Position numbers and translations under genes: made by a program | Origin: Psilocybe cubensis | Lineage: Eukaryota | DNA: 64,000 bases | Direction of reading: 5' to 3' | NCBI GenBank assembly: GCA_017499595.2 | Contig: CM039003.1 | Span: 1,178,001-1,242,000 of the forward strand | In this document: in pieces, positions 1-14,084 of the stretch | Position numbering within the stretch: the first letter of the stretch is position 1 | Layout: the number at the start of each line of letters is the position of its first letter | The notes under the pieces: generated by a model | The model's input: only the letters and a program-made list of their open reading frames with translations | Told to the model about the DNA's origin: nothing | Database searches by the model: none

Positions 1-41
1 ACACTGAAATACTACAAAGTCTTGAAAGCAATTGATAGGTT

Positions 42-1454
42 CTAAGTCCGAAGCCTGGGTCCGAGTTCGGTCGACAAAGCCTCACGGTCCAGTGGAGAAA
101 CGCCCTCGCAACCAGAGATAATCACTTCCGACAGGGTGTAATCTGGATACACCGTGTCTGTCCATTTCACCCTAGCTGCGATAGCCTCGGTGATAGCTTT
201 TCCGCTCAATTGTTGGCAATTAATCAACCTCAGCTTTTGAAGTCTAGGTAACCGCACACGCACACCATTCTCCTCTTTAACAGGACGCAGCATTGCAATC
301 ACCTTGTCGGACATGTCGGATGCGACGATATGGAAATCCTGCAAGAGATGCAACCGGTCGAACACGTAGCGGAAGTCTTTGGTACGCATGTCGCAGAAAT
401 CCATCTCGAGTATTCTAATTGGTGGATGGCACCGCTGAATAAGCTTCCGAAGACCCATACCAGTCGCCTGGTCGCTCCAAGGGGATTGAGAGAAATCTCG
501 GGCTTCGTCTTCGCTATCGCCTTCCTCTGGAGATTCGGTGGGAAGTTGGAAGTCGACATTCAAGTGGGACAAAAGGAGGTTCTGGAGTCGAGGGGTGTTC
601 AATGATGAAAGGAGGGCCCGAGCAAAACATGTGCTTTTCAGATGCAAGCTAACGAGGTTGGGAAGGTTCACGATCGGAAGAGGTCGGATAACTGCGTCGT
701 CGTGCGGCCATCCAGAGAGGTAGAAAGATTCGAGCTCCGGGCATGAAGTTAAGAATTCGAGGATGAATTTTGGCTGGGTGTGGGGACCAATCTGGCCGTC
801 TTCCGCAATGCTGACATGTACGAACCGGAGTGGAGGATTTATGCCGGTGGTAGGAATTCGGGACACCCAGACACTGAGGCTAAAACTGATACTTTGATCA
901 GGACTGGTTGGTGAAATGCTGATTCTGGGTTCGTCCTCATCGAACTCGTCTTGTTCGCTATCATGAAGAAAGACATGGAGGTGAGTAAGGCAATCGGAAG
1001 TGATGTTTAGGTCGTCCACACGAATCTCTTCCTCTCGTTTCCCACGCAATCGAAAGGTTCGCCAGCGGTCAATCGAGGATAAGAGGGGCGACAAAAGTGG
1101 GAGGATGTGATCAGTATCTTGAAGATTAAGTTCAACATCGAACTTTTGAGGTTGACATTTCCGTCTCCACAACAGCGCCTGCGGTTCGGAGACATTGCAG
1201 TCAGGATCCGCGTCCGAAAGAGATACTGTTCTCCACAGGTACGGGGATGTGTCGATGAGCTTTTGCCACAACCAAGACACCTTCCGGAGAGTAAGAGGCG
1301 ATATGGGATGGTTCGCGACGCAATGCCCAAAGATTTCAAGTAGGAGTTCTGCTGGAAGAAAGCCTATCGTCGCAAATGTTGAGTCATTGCGGGTAAACGG
1401 TGCGGAATCCTGAAATCTGTTGACAAGTGCAGCGGTATCAGACATATATGTCAT
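42..1454 (-). CDS. F-box domain protein with C-terminal RNI/LRR-like repeats
   Basis: 470-aa uninterrupted ORF. F-box-like LPAELLLEIF...LRKVSWLWQKLIDTSPYLW, followed by LRR-like segments (CPELESFYL, LPNLVSLHL, LPRLQKLRLINC). Confidence 0.85.
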   Translation of the reverse strand: MTYMSDTAALVNRFQDSAPFTRNDSTFATIGFLPAELLLEIFGHCVANHPISPLTLRKVSWLWQKLIDTSPYLWRTVSLSDADPDCNVSEPQALLWRRKCQPQKFDVELNLQDTDHILPLLSPLLSSIDRWRTFRLRGKREEEIRVDDLNITSDCLTHLHVFLHDSEQDEFDEDEPRISISPTSPDQSISFSLSVWVSRIPTTGINPPLRFVHVSIAEDGQIGPHTQPKFILEFLTSCPELESFYLSGWPHDDAVIRPLPIVNLPNLVSLHLKSTCFARALLSSLNTPRLQNLLLSHLNVDFQLPTESPEEGDSEDEARDFSQSPWSDQATGMGLRKLIQRCHPPIRILEMDFCDMRTKDFRYVFDRLHLLQDFHIVASDMSDKVIAMLRPVKEENGVRVRLPRLQKLRLINCQQLSGKAITEAIAARVKWTDTVYPDYTLSEVIISGCEGVSPLDREALSTELGPRLRT

Positions 1455-2025
1455 AGAAGAGCGGGGAGGTGTGGGGTAACACGGAACCTAGTACCATTAG
1501 CAACCAGTCAAGAGACCGTGGGAAAATGTGCATCCGGAGAATACACGGCACTCAGAAATGAACAAAATGGCGTCCTCCGGTTCCGTCGTCGCACTTTCGG
1601 AAAGTCGACTGCGCAGTCAGGATATAGGACCAGGATTAGTAACTCAAATCAAGGCAATCCAGGATACACAAAATTGCGATACAATAACAAAATGAGAGAC
1701 ATACAGCTGATTCCATTGACGGCATGTCAGTACTTTGAAAACCAGACCACACTGCAAATTCTGGGTGGGACAATAGAATTATAAGGGAAGATTTCAGCAA
1801 CGTCCTCGACGTTCTGTTGAATCTGTTCGGCCTTGCTCATTGTGCAGGAGGAGAACATGTCCAGCTGACTAATCCAAGCAGCTTTTTGATCTGCTGTACA
1901 GTTTTTCGGAGTTTGCCGGTTAAGCCACGGGCTGTTTGTGGACGACCAAAAGAGATACACACAAAGCCCGTCAACGTCGTGCCCGCCCGCCCCCGCGTTC
2001 CTTCCCTCAAGAAAAGCCAGCCAAT

Positions 2026-2625
2026 ATGCCGGGAGTACGAGACGTCAGGTTAGACTATGCGCGTACCCGTCGAACGATCCCAGAACGCTGATTTTACTCG
2101 GTCTTCAGCGCAGAAGAATTTATTGCTGCTTATGCTTCGCATTTGAAGCGCTCAGGCAAGCTGGAAGTCCCAGCTTGGGTTGACATCGTCAAAACTGGCT
2201 CATTCAAGGAGCTCGCCCCCTACGATCCCGATTGGTACTACGTCCGAGCAGGTTCGTAGTTATAAGTTCTTTCTGTGATTTGATCGCAACTCGACTTATT
2301 ATACTTTACAGCTGCTGTTGCTCGCCACATTTACCTCCGCAAGGACGTTGGCATTGGTGCCCTTACTAAACTTCACGGTGGACGCAACCGACGCGGAAAC
2401 CGCCCTTCCCACCATGCCGATTCATCTGCATCTGTCCAGCGTAAAGTTTGCCAGTCCTTGGAGAAGATTGGTGTGCTAGAACAGACAGGCAACGGTGGAC
2501 GAAGAATTTCCCAGGACGGCCAGCGGGATTTGGACCGCATTGCTACCGCCGTCGTCGAGGAGCTCAAGGCCAAGGAAGAGGAGGAGGATGAAGATGAGGA
2601 AGAGGATGAGGAGGATGAGGAGTAA
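2026..2625 (+). CDS. RPS19: 40S ribosomal protein S19 (eS19), 3 exons
   Basis: Spliced translation [66 protein letters not shown]...[17 protein letters not shown] with an acidic tail; two GT-AG introns. Confidence 0.97.
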
Positions 2626-3279
2626 ACTTGCACGGCCATGATGTCCTACACTACCTTCCACGTATGATCTTGCATGTTTTTATCTTTTCACTGTATGCAG
2701 CATGCGCTTGCTAAAAATGCCTTGTCATCGCCCATCTTGTGGATTTCAAGCGTCGCAATACTGGTCTTGGGTCTCCATTTTCTAGCATTAGCACCGTCAT
2801 TGTCAATATCCTCGGGTACCGATGCTTCCAAGTGCTACCACGATTAATTCCATGTTTTGATCGTCCGGTTTGAATGAACATTGTTGTCGCCAGGAGGAAT
2901 TATATCAACGGAGCTATGCCGATTCTTCTCGCTTTCTATGCGACAATTATATTCTGACTATCATTGGTTATGCATAGTTTGGTCCCTGATCAATTCAACC
3001 TATACTTCTCCACGCTCCATATCAACAATCGTTGTTACTTATACATGTTGGTGGTACTTCCCATGGAGTGAAGCATTTCAGCTGTTCAGTATTCTAGATG
3101 TTGCGATGGTGTTCGGTGCTTTTTTGGGAAACATTTCGGCATGAACCTGATGCCTGACATACTTATATAGACCGCACAGTCCAGTCTTTCACTGCCTTCA
3201 CACCCCCATCGATTATTATCTTGAGTTCTTTTGGAGCCATCTCTCCGGGTTTTGCAATTTCTATCGTCGTGATCACATC

Positions 3280-4119
3280 ATGTCATACCAGTCACTCATC
3301 GGGAAACCTGCGCCAGCTATCACTCTGGACAACTACGATGGGCAGTCGTTCACTTTCACGCCTGGCGAGAAGGAGGTCCCTACAGCCTTGTTCTTCTATC
3401 CTGCTTCAGGTATATCTGGAAGCCTTGATTGCTCAGACCTTGTTGGATGACTTGTGTGTTTGTTAGGCTCCTATGGGTGCACAAAGCAAGCATGTCAATT
3501 TCGCGATGCTATTGCTGGTCAGTTTTCTATTGGACCAAGAATTATGCCAATCATGTTCTTGTTTGCAATTGGAATTCCGAAGGGATACACTGACTCTATG
3601 CATGTACAGAGAAAGATACCTTTGGACCTGGAAAAGTCCAGATAATAGGCATCAGTCCGGATCCTGTGGCCAAACAGAAGGCATTCGTAGAGAAGGAAAA
3701 ATTAACGGTATGTTGTGGTGCTCTCTGAAGTCTAAAGAACTTAGTTCATTGAATCTGAACAGTATCCTGTCCTCAGCGATGTAAAGAAAGAAGTTTTCAA
3801 GGCCTATGGAATAGGCAAGGGGATGCTGGGTATGGTCGCTGTTGCCAGGGTCACATTTATCATTGATAAGAAAGGTATTGTGAGGTACGACGTTATCGTA
3901 TGCATACCTTGTACAGAACAGTGGACTCACGTTTTTCTTATTTGTAGAGATGCGCTTGATGCAACAATGAACTATGGCGCACACTCCAAGTTCGTGGAGA
4001 AGTGGCTTAACAGGTTGCAAACGGAGGATGAGGCCAAAGCAGAGACGCCTACGACGCCGGCTACTGAGAATTCTCCTGCTACAGCTACTACAACTGCAGA
4101 AGCACCTAAGCCGCAATAA
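3280..4119 (+). CDS. Peroxiredoxin Q/BCP family (AhpC/TSA), multi-exon
   Basis: MSYQSLIGKPAP...LFFYPASG|SYGCTKQACQFRD (CxxxxC PrxQ motif), IIGISPD, YPVLSD, ARVTFIIDKKGIVR. Confidence 0.92.
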
Positions 4120-4806
4120 GACGATGGCGACGAACTATATCTTATATGGTGGATAGCGGGCAACGAAATCAAACAATTTGAATGTTATTGTTACACATAT
4201 CCATATATGAATCTATGCTGCGTTTCGGGTTTTGTGTACTAATGTATGTCTTCTATATATATATACATACTTACGTGCCTGTGGTCCTTACGGAAAGGCT
4301 GCCTGCTACCTGACATCAATCTTATGAGAGCTTATGCATATGCCTTGAACCAGGCCTGACCAGGCGATCCATGACTGTCATTTCCGCTTCAGATACCGAG
4401 GCGCGTCCTACGGCTACCCCGCATCACGTGATATATCTCCCCCTCAGCCATTATCACGCGCCAAAATGCTCCTTCCTCCATTCGACGACCTCGCTCAGAC
4501 AGGCATTAGGGTATCTGGCACAGTCAAACCACTTGACGGTAGAGACTCACTAGCCTTGCCATCCTAATATCAGTGACGCCTGCTCGATATCATTAACGAA
4601 GCCTCGGTGTCGGACTCGGGACAGACGATTCGTTTCTCACACAAGTCAACTGGCCTGCAAAGCCTACATATTACCGGATCTCTAGTTACCCGGACGGACA
4701 CATAAGTGGCTACTATTTGTGCTACCAAGAGCAGTTTTAGAGTCTTAGACTTCGACCCCTTACAACTCCTCATTTTTCTCCCCTCACATCTTGCTTGCGC
4801 TTTACG

Positions 4807-6435
4807 ATGCCGATTATTACGCCAGTGACGAAGATTCTAGGGATCCGAGTGTATGTTTCCATCTGATGTGCTGCTCAGAGTTTTTGGAGCCTGACATGCG
4901 TGAAATGATAGTCCTATCGTGCAAGGAGGAATGCAATGGTATATGACCATCTCCATCTCGTCTACCGCAAGGATAGGAGATTCGATGATATCTAATCTAT
5001 GTATACATTGTCTAGGGTGGGTGTGCCGAAGTTGGCAGCTGCAGTTTCAGAAGCTGGAGGACTCGGTACGTTCTGCAGCTTTTTTTCTCCAAGATCATCC
5101 GACGGTTGACCTTCATTCGTCATTCTGTGATAGGTATCCTGACTGCACTGACCCAACCTTCCCCCGACGCACTTCGAGAAGCCATCCGAGAGACACGCAA
5201 ACTCACCTCAAAACCTATCGGTGTCAATATCACGTTGCTACCCAGCATTAATCCTCCTGATTACCAGGGATATGCGCGTGCCGCCGTCGAGGAGGGCATT
5301 AGGATTTTTGAGACTGCTGGAAATAATCGTGCGTCGCGACCTTGTTGTGCTTTTATTTCAGCTGAAGTCCTGATTGGCTTGGTATGCTTAAAATAGCCGG
5401 ACCATTGATTAAATACTTCAAGAGCAAGGGATGCGTTGTGGTGCACAAGTGCACCACTATCAGGCACGCGAAGGTGATGTAGCGGACTTGTATGGTGTGG
5501 ATGGCTTTTGTACTGATATCAAAAAACATGCAGAGTGCTGAGAAGCTGGGTGTTGATATTTTGAGCATTGATGGCTTTGAATGTGAGTATCGACTATTTT
5601 GTATCTGCTGAATTCTGTAGACCTAATAAACCATGAAGGTGCTGGACATCCTGGAGAAGATGACATTGGCGGGTTGGTGCTGGTAAGAAAGCATGGTATA
5701 CACAACGGCGTTGTTACTAAAATGCGAATCACCTTCAGCTGGCCCGAGCAGTCAAGGAGCTCAAAGTTCCTTTCATTGCTTCTGGCGGTATTGCCGATGC
5801 CCGAGGTTTCGCTGCTGCATTAGCCCTCGGCGCCAGCGTGAGTTTCATTGTGTTCATGTTGTATTTTTGTATTTGACTTACTTAAACATATTCAGGGAAT
5901 CAATATGGGTACGAATACGTGGTTACTGATTTCCTGAGTAGACTGCTAACAATTATCCATAGGAACTCGCTTCATGTGCACAGTCGAATCGTATGTCTTT
6001 TGGCGTTTTGTCGATGTCTGATGAAGTGTTATTAACGATTGTAATAGTCCTATTCACCAAAATATTAAGGAGAAGATCGTTGCGTCAACTGAGCGTGACA
6101 CGGTCCACATTTTCCGCACTCTGCACAATACTGCCCGCGTGTTCAAAAACAAGGTCTCGATGGAGGTTGTTGCCATTGAGAAACGCGGCAATGCCAAGTT
6201 CGAGGATATCAAGGACCTGGTGTCTGGAGCCCGTGGACGATTAGTATATGAGAAGGGTGATCCTGATATTGGTATCTGGTCCGCGGGTATCACGATTGGA
6301 TTGATCAACGATATACCGACCTGCGAAGAACTGCTAAGAAGGTTTGAAAGGGAGACTGAGGAGATTGTGAGCGGATTGAACAAGGTGGTGTTTACGGGAG
6401 AGTCGTGCCCGGTGTCAGGAAGGGCGAAACTGTAG
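4807..6435 (+). CDS. Nitronate monooxygenase / 2-nitropropane dioxygenase family flavoprotein, many introns
   Basis: Exons give PIVQGGMQW, KPIGVNITLLP, IFETAGNN, VHKCTTIRHA, SIDGFEC/AGHPGEDDIGGL, IASGGIAD, GTRFMCTVES, WSAGITIGLINDIPTC. Confidence 0.93.
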
Positions 6436-6771
6436 TATATTTATGGATGGGAACACTATTAAACATGAATTCGGATTACACCTGGGGCTGTCACTGCGCG
6501 TGCATGTTGAATGTGAAAGCGGAGACGCGAAGGACAGCGTGTAAGTGTCTCGTGATCGTGTTGAAGCCATGAGGCAGGACCCCAAGCGACGCCGAGGGCA
6601 AAATGAGAGGACGGCATGTGCCGGTGGCCATAAATGGGCTGGTGATTGGGGTCCTTACTGCAGCGTGGTGTTGACGGGGGTTGGTCCACTGAACACGGTT
6701 GATATTTGTTTTTCGATTTGCTTTGTCGCTTTCCTCTTTGCTTTCCTTGCTGTCTCTTCTTCTCTACCACA

Positions 6772-9700
6772 ATGTCCATATCTCCTCCCCGCACCCCAGG
6801 TGAGGACCGCCTTTCAGCCCAATTCACCGCCGTAAAGTCGACCACGCCGACCTCCGATACCTCTTCCATCATCGACGATGTCTCTTTTGACTACGTTTGG
6901 GACAAGCAGGGCAATTTCATTCGTAAATCAAAAGACGAAATGTCTCCAAAACCCGACCTCGGTTCAAATCCATCATCGCCGCCCACACCTCCGGAATCAC
7001 CTTCTCAACCCGAACCTGTTCCCAAACCACCGTCTCCAGATATCCTGGACTCCCCATTAACCAAGGGACCGCTTTCTCGGTCAGAAAGCGCGTATCCGAT
7101 TCTCACAGGGTCTGGCGCTGGTGCTGCTTCCACGCAGACTGACATGCCTGTGAGGCTCTTTCAACGGGTCGCGTCTGGCCCCGCAATTGCCATGGCATCT
7201 AATCTGCCTCCAACAACCTCGACTGTACAATCTAAGCCACGCATAGTGGCACGGCGTGTAACAATGGAAGATGGGCGCGATAGACAGGAATCTGTTGCCT
7301 CCTCGCGGTCGCGTCAAACATTAGACTCGAATGCACCAAATTACGCCCTCATAGAAGAGAAGGAAAACATCAGCGATGCCGACGAGATCCCTCATGCGGA
7401 AATCCAGAGAGCATCCATTGCCACGAAGATGCGGAGCTCGCCACCGCTGGTGACACGCTCCATGTCGTCAGCTAGCTCACGCGTCCCTGCTGCCCGCGCA
7501 GCATACCTGGCAAACGGTGCGAGCAGCCTGGGCGGCAAACCACTAGCTGATGTCCCTGTTCCCCAAAGGACACAGTACTCGCGCCCAAATTTGGCCGGAA
7601 CGCGTGCAGGGCGTATAATGAAAACGACTTCCGGTGCTAAATACGTTAGCTCATCGACAGCGGCAAATTTTGACCGGATTTCCGAGCTCGAGGCTAGTGA
7701 TAACGAGAATGCTGGAAGTCGCTACTGTCCGAAGGTTTCCGTGGGGGGAGAAGATACCGAACCAGAGGATGAGCCTGCACGCGTTGCTGTGGACCCTGCC
7801 ATGATCCCCTTACCTGCAGCATCAATTCCTTCCTCGATGGCGCCTGTAGGTATGGTGCGCTCCAGGACACAATTAAACGTCAATACCGGTGCATCTAGCT
7901 CGTCTCTGTCAGTAGCTGGAAGCAACCGTCCTAGGAGATCAGCTAGTTTGAGTGAAGCGGGTTTAAGTAAGTTATAAGAGTTTAACGCTATTGCTTGAGA
8001 GTGTTCATTGGTGATTCAGACAACGATGAATACCAGCTGCAACTACAGCAGCAATATCAAAACCCGCACTCACGACCGGGGACCAGCCTCGGTAAATTCT
8101 TTTTATTCTTAGTTGGTCCTAGTTAGCCTTACTTGCCCTTTAGGCCTAAATGGCGAACCTGCAGTAGGAGCGCGGAGAATTGCTGCGCAACAACGAGAGA
8201 AGCAGGGCGCGGAAGCCCGAGCTATCAATCAGAGTAACAATTAACCTCTTTTCTCTTTAGCATCCAATAGCTAACCTTTTCTCTGTAGAATACCTTGCGG
8301 AAGCCCCGGAACGTGAGTGCAGCAAAGCACTCAATTGGATTGTTTTTATTCATTTCTTTAATAGGTCGTGAACACGAAGTACGCCAGCAGCAGTTATCAC
8401 GTCAGTCACCTTCTCCTACCCACAGCCAACATGCACCGTCCTCGAAACCTGTTCTTGGACACAAGCGACGAGACTCAGACACGTTGCGTATGGCACCACC
8501 ACCTTTGTCCGCTACTATTATGACTGGCTCTCCCACCGTCGTTGAACATCAACGCGCGTCACCGCCACTTTCATCCCGTCTGCAAGTGCGAAATTCGCCT
8601 CCAAATGGCAAAGGTCGTATATCTCCGATAAGCAAAGGTCGTGCATCTCCCCCAGCAGCTACGAAAGGGCGCGTTTCGCCGCCCACGGCAAAAGGTCGTC
8701 TGTCTCCTAATCCTGTTGTGGCAAAGGAGCTGGCGAAACATCGACGAAGTCCAACTGCACCTGAATCCCGGAACCTGGAAGTTGCTCCAGAAAAGTCTCA
8801 GCCTGTGGGCAAGACGTGGGCAGCTGCCGATAGAAGGGATAGTAACGAAGAGTTCGAATTTGCAGTTCCAGCTCTCCCTGCAGGCAGAGAACGCGAAAGG
8901 GAAAGACAACAAGACAGAGAACGAGAAAGAGAGTACCAGCCAGACAATCGAGACAGGGAGCGACGGAGTCACCAACCACAATTGTCGTTGCCGCAATACC
9001 CCCAGTCGGCTCCGTCGATTGCAGGCTCGTCTTCTCAGGCTTCCAATCTTCAAGCTCCAAATTTACCAGGCAGCAGGCATATGGTGGTAAGTTGGCAACG
9101 GCCAACCTGGTTCCTGTCTCGCTTACCATTTCCTTTCGCCCACAGGTGAATAAAAAAGCGTATGCTCGACTGGATATGATTGGAAAAGGAGGTTCCTCAC
9201 GCGTCTATCGCGTCCTGAGTGCTCAAAATGAGCTATACGCTGTCAAACGTGTGTCTCTGGACAAGACCGACGCGGAAACAATGAGCGGTTATATGAATGA
9301 AATTGCGCTGCTCAAACGCCTCGATGGGAACAGAAGGATTATCAGGTTGATTGACAGCGAGTTGAAGCCGGGCATTCACGGGGGCAAAGGGCATCTATTG
9401 CTTGTGATGGAGTGCGGAGAGATTGACCTGGCGAAGCTTTTGGCTGACCAGATGAAGGAAAAAGTCAGCATGATCTGGGTGGCATATTATTGGCAGCAGG
9501 TACGTGATATTTCTTCTACTTTTGCCGATTATCTCAATTATGTTTCTTTCTTAATGATAGATGCTCGAGGCGGTACAAGTAATTCATGAGGAGAAGATTG
9601 TACACTCTGATCTGAAACCTGCTAACTTCGTGTTGGTACGAGGCCAGCTGAAACTCATTGATTTTGGGATTGCCAACGCCATTGCCAATGACACGACTAA

Positions 9701-10489
9701 CATTCAACGAGACCACCAGGTAGGATGTGATTCTCTTCCAAGATTGTTTCATTGCTTACATTCTCTTAGATTGGTACTGTGAATTATATGAGTCCTGAGG
9801 CAATCGAACTGCCCGACGGAATGCGTAGACTTAAAGTGGGCAGAGCTTCGGACGTCTGGTCATTAGGCTGCATCCTGTACCAGATGGTCTATGGTCACCC
9901 GCCGTTCCAACATCTTTCCGTTTACCAGAAGATGAAAGCCATCCCGGATTCATCCTACGATATTGACTATCCAGAATTCACTACACCTACTGTCGCACCT
10001 TCTCGAAACTCCAATGGCGGTGCAAACGATGCAGTGGAACCACCAACGAAGCTAGAGCATTTAAAACAGAAAGTTAGACCGGATGTGATCGAGACGATGA
10101 AAAAGTGTTTGTGTAGGAATCCTAAAGATCGCGCTGACATTACCAATGATTTGCTCAAGGACGGGTGGTTGACGATGCAGAGTGGTACGTCGTGACGTTA
10201 TTGACTCCCGTAAAGTGCTAATTAATCATTCTGCATCACAGTAGAACCCTCACCTCCGAACTTGAAGGAACTCTTGCAAGAGGATGAGACCGTGATTGAC
10301 CCGCATTATATGAGCCAGCTGTTGGTTTACGGAATCAAGTTGGCCGAGTCGTCGCCCGATCCATCTCAAGAATATTTGCTGTCGGAAGCCAAGGTCTGTA
10401 CTGGTTATCGTTGCTGTCTGTTAATCTTGCTGACATCTCCATTTTCACAGCGATTGGTTCAGGAGCTACGAGCAATACGCCATCAGTAA
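6772..10489 (+). CDS. MPS1: Mps1/TTK spindle-checkpoint kinase with long disordered N-terminus
   Basis: Kinase motifs [92 protein letters not shown], typical of the Mps1 family. Confidence 0.93.
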
Positions 10490-12612
10490 CTTCGAACTAC
10501 GAATTGAATGAATCTCTCAAGCAATTAGAATTCCTCGACCCCCTTTCGGAACAACTCATCCCATTCAAAGTCTTTCATTGTTTCTTCATCCATGCCATAT
10601 CTCCACTTCAACTCATTCTCTCTCGCGTTGCTATGTCATATCTCTACAGTCGCCAGTCGGAGAACACTCCAAAGGCAACCAGACTGTTGTGTTTATGTGC
10701 TTTGTATCATCGAAAACTCATGTGTATGATTCTTTTCTTTGCATTCTTTTCGTTCTTTTCTCCGCTTTCTCATAAATCATAAGTTCTTTTCCAATCCACA
10801 GTCGTTGATAATAATGCCCGACGCCCCTACAATATCTCTCCTATTTTCACCTCTTTCCATGGCATCTGTTGGGTATCTTCGTTGCATCTTGTGTCGGAAA
10901 CTACGGACCTGTCTATGTTCATTAGTATGCCTACTTATCATCATGCCACGCCACCTTTCTACGTGCCTACTCGCATACAATCATTCTTTTCTGCTCAACT
11001 GCAGGAACGCCGCACTCTCTTTCCCATCCTTCCTCATCCAACAAAAGCATTTTCCATCATCGTCATCTCTTCTCGCTATTTCTCGCTCTTAATTCCCATT
11101 ACGTGTACAGTGTATTCATTCCACATGCAAATTTCAAAATACGCATTTTTCACTTCTCCCTTTCCCCCACCTCCCCAGGATGTCTACCCCTTCGCGTTTT
11201 ACGATCACTTACTGTCCAGTATTTTTTCGTATCACGCAGGATATTGGTATACTTGCTCACGACTGTTACTTTTATGGAGTATATACAGTGAACAAATAAA
11301 AACTATTTATTACCGTTTATCCCCCCTTCCATCTTTTGGGAGGCGCTGGACGTCAAGCTGAAGAAGACGAACGGTTGTCGTTCCATCCGGGTTGGACGTA
11401 GGACAGATACGATAGGTCAGCTAGCAGGCCATATGGTTTCCTGAAATGTCCGCGACTCGTCGGAGGATTATGTCTGCGAGACGTCGCCACTGGACGTCCA
11501 TCGTCGTCATCGCCCATCCGATGTTGATGAGTAGCGCCAGCCTTCGGTGTGCGGAATCTGACAAGTTTTGATGTTGGTATGACTGGTGCCGGTGAGCCTG
11601 CTGCTATGTGCATCATTTATTGGATGGACTGCTTATTGACCGCGGGCGGACGCTAATCAATCATTGGTTATCCGAGTCTTTCATTTCATTAATTTATCAA
11701 ATTTTATGGTTAGTATGCATTTGCATGCTACTCTGTCTGTGGTTTGTGATGGGAACAGCTTTTGAAAGGGATGGTTGCTGGGGAAAAGGGTGATGGATGA
11801 GGATGATGGCGTCGTTTTTACTGTTTGAATTTCGGCTCTAGGATGAGGACGCTGGTGTGTCATTGATCTCCTGGCTTTGACAAGCTTCCTCGTCCTATTC
11901 AGCGCCCAGTGTTGGTTCTATCTTTAGAAGCGAAAGTGTGGTAGGTCCGTGTTTTCTTCTGAGCTTTGTCCTTGCTGAAATACCATTTTGACCGATTTAT
12001 TCTAGACTACTCTGTATACAGCTCTGTAGGTTAAGCCTTTAACTGTGTGTCTGTTCCATATCGTCTAGTGCTCAAGTGATTAACATCATCTTCGCTACAG
12101 TCAGTGATATAAATAGACTCAAAATGAACGAAGATCAGTGCTGTGCCAAAAGATTAACTACGTAGCTGTGTCCTCCCACTTTGACATTCCGACGTGCCAA
12201 GAACGTATACGAGCGGCGAAATTGGACTTTTGGGCGAGTCATCTCTTCTCTCTCTGTGTGAGGCATTTCGCTGATAGACTGAACCTTAGTTTCCAGCGCG
12301 CACAGTCTGAAATCCGTGGTGATGCTGCTGTCAGATGTCTTCTCGGTGGACTATAAAGGCTGAAGGATGAAGGCGGTTGTTTCGTCAGTCAACTCAACCA
12401 GCCTTCTTTTCTTTCTTTCATTCGTTCTCTTTCAGTTGCGCTTTGGTCGCTTCTTTTTTTTTCGCCTTTCGACAATCTTTTATCCAAGCAATCTCTTTTG
12501 AGCAGGTTTGCTTTTCATGTTCTTTCGATGTTTTAGTATCTAATAGATTTTTTCTATTCATCTAGTTTCAAACCCTCTTTTTACCGGATATCAACCATTT
12601 GCATATAAAAAA

Positions 12613-13293
12613 ATGTTCTCCAAGATTTTCAAAATCGCCGTCGTCGCCTCTGCTCTGGTCGCAAGCGCCGCTGCCCTTCCCACAAGCGTCAACACACTCA
12701 GTACGTTCTCACTTTTCCCAATCCACTCACCCTTGCAAAAGTCTCCATGCTAACACAAATCCCTCCCAGCCGCCCGCGGAGACATCTCCTTCGACAACTG
12801 GGGCGGCATCTCCTCTTTCTCCGGGTTCGACAACTTCTACGGCTCGGACAACTTCATCGGCGCCATCTCCTCGCAGACCGTCGTCGAGCAGTCCTCCGAG
12901 CTCGTCTGCCACTCCGAGTCCATCGAGATCATCCAGCAGCGCCTGCTCGTGCTCCAAGAGATGGCCAAACGCATCATCACGGAGCAAGTATGCGAAGTGG
13001 AGACGCAGACGGTTGTATTCGAGCAGTTCCACGCGAGCCTCGGCTTGTTCAGCCATGATCTCCGAAGGACGTCGGGACACCATGTAGGGTTCGATGAGAG
13101 CATCACGAGCCACTTTAGCGATATTGTCGCGGAGGATGATAGTCTTACGACGGACGACTTTGGGTTCACTGGCCATGATCTCGGTGCGCACACTGTGGTT
13201 GTTGGCGGGAGCAACTGGGTGGATGCGACGTCGCCTGCCTCGGTCGGTGCGGCGTACAGTGCTGCTAGGGGCGCTTTCTACTCCTCTTTCTAA
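12613..13293 (+). CDS. Secreted protein of an Agaricomycete-type family (signal peptide + propeptide), 2 exons
   Basis: MFSKIFKIAVVASALVASAAALPTSVNTLTAR-GDISFDNWGGISSFSGFDNFYG...CHSESIEIIQQRLLVLQEMAKRIITEQVCEVETQ; one GT-AG intron at ~12702-12768; strong C-ending codon bias in the first two-thirds. Confidence 0.85.
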
Positions 13294-14084
13294 GTGAGTG
13301 TTTTTAAGGATTGAAGTGTCTATGCTGCTATTTGGTTGCTGATAATTGATGATAGAGGGATTTGGTCTCTTTTTTGCGATACCCTCAGGATAGAAACGTA
13401 GACTCTATAGTACATTAGCGCACCCTTTATATCTTCGGTTCTTCCCTCCATGCTCACACTTATGGTTGTATATATGTCCAACAACGGTTTGAAGCATGCT
13501 CTTACTTTCCCCTTTTTTTCTCTTTTTTCAAAAACATCGATCAAACCTTTTATGTTCTTCGTGGTTTGGCCTTTGTCAAGCTGTTCTTTATCCTTGGTAG
13601 TAGGCTATACTGCTTCGCGGTTTAGAGAACACCTTTTTTTTGGTTGGTTGGTTATTTAATTGTTTGACTTCAATAGTGTAATGAGTAAAGTGTCAATATA
13701 CGATATGGTTTACTTATTCATGCTGTGTTTTCTGGTGGAGTCTTCGCGGTGGTCCGATGGGTGGTGAATGAAATAGGGGCTGGAAGTCTATAAAAGGATG
13801 TGTGTTTGCCAAAAAAAGGCAGTTGCAGTCGCGGCTGCGGCGTCGCGCCGCAGCATACATTTGCAAGAACAGGCGATGGAAATTTTTGGAGAAAAAGTTT
13901 GAAAAAAAAAAAACCACTCGGAATAATCGATATTTTGTGTATATCTGCGACGTAAGTAGCACAGTAGTACAATTCCCGGTTCAACATTCAACATTCAAAT
14001 ATTCAACCTTTACTCCTTAACTTCTCCAATGCCACATTTCGTCCGGCGCCGTGACTTTACCACAAGACATTAAGCAATCCACAC

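Noticed and set aside
11353-11863. Short minus-strand ORFs downstream of MPS1
   Set aside because: No recognisable motifs or convincing gene model; may be a small orphan gene but is unsupported.
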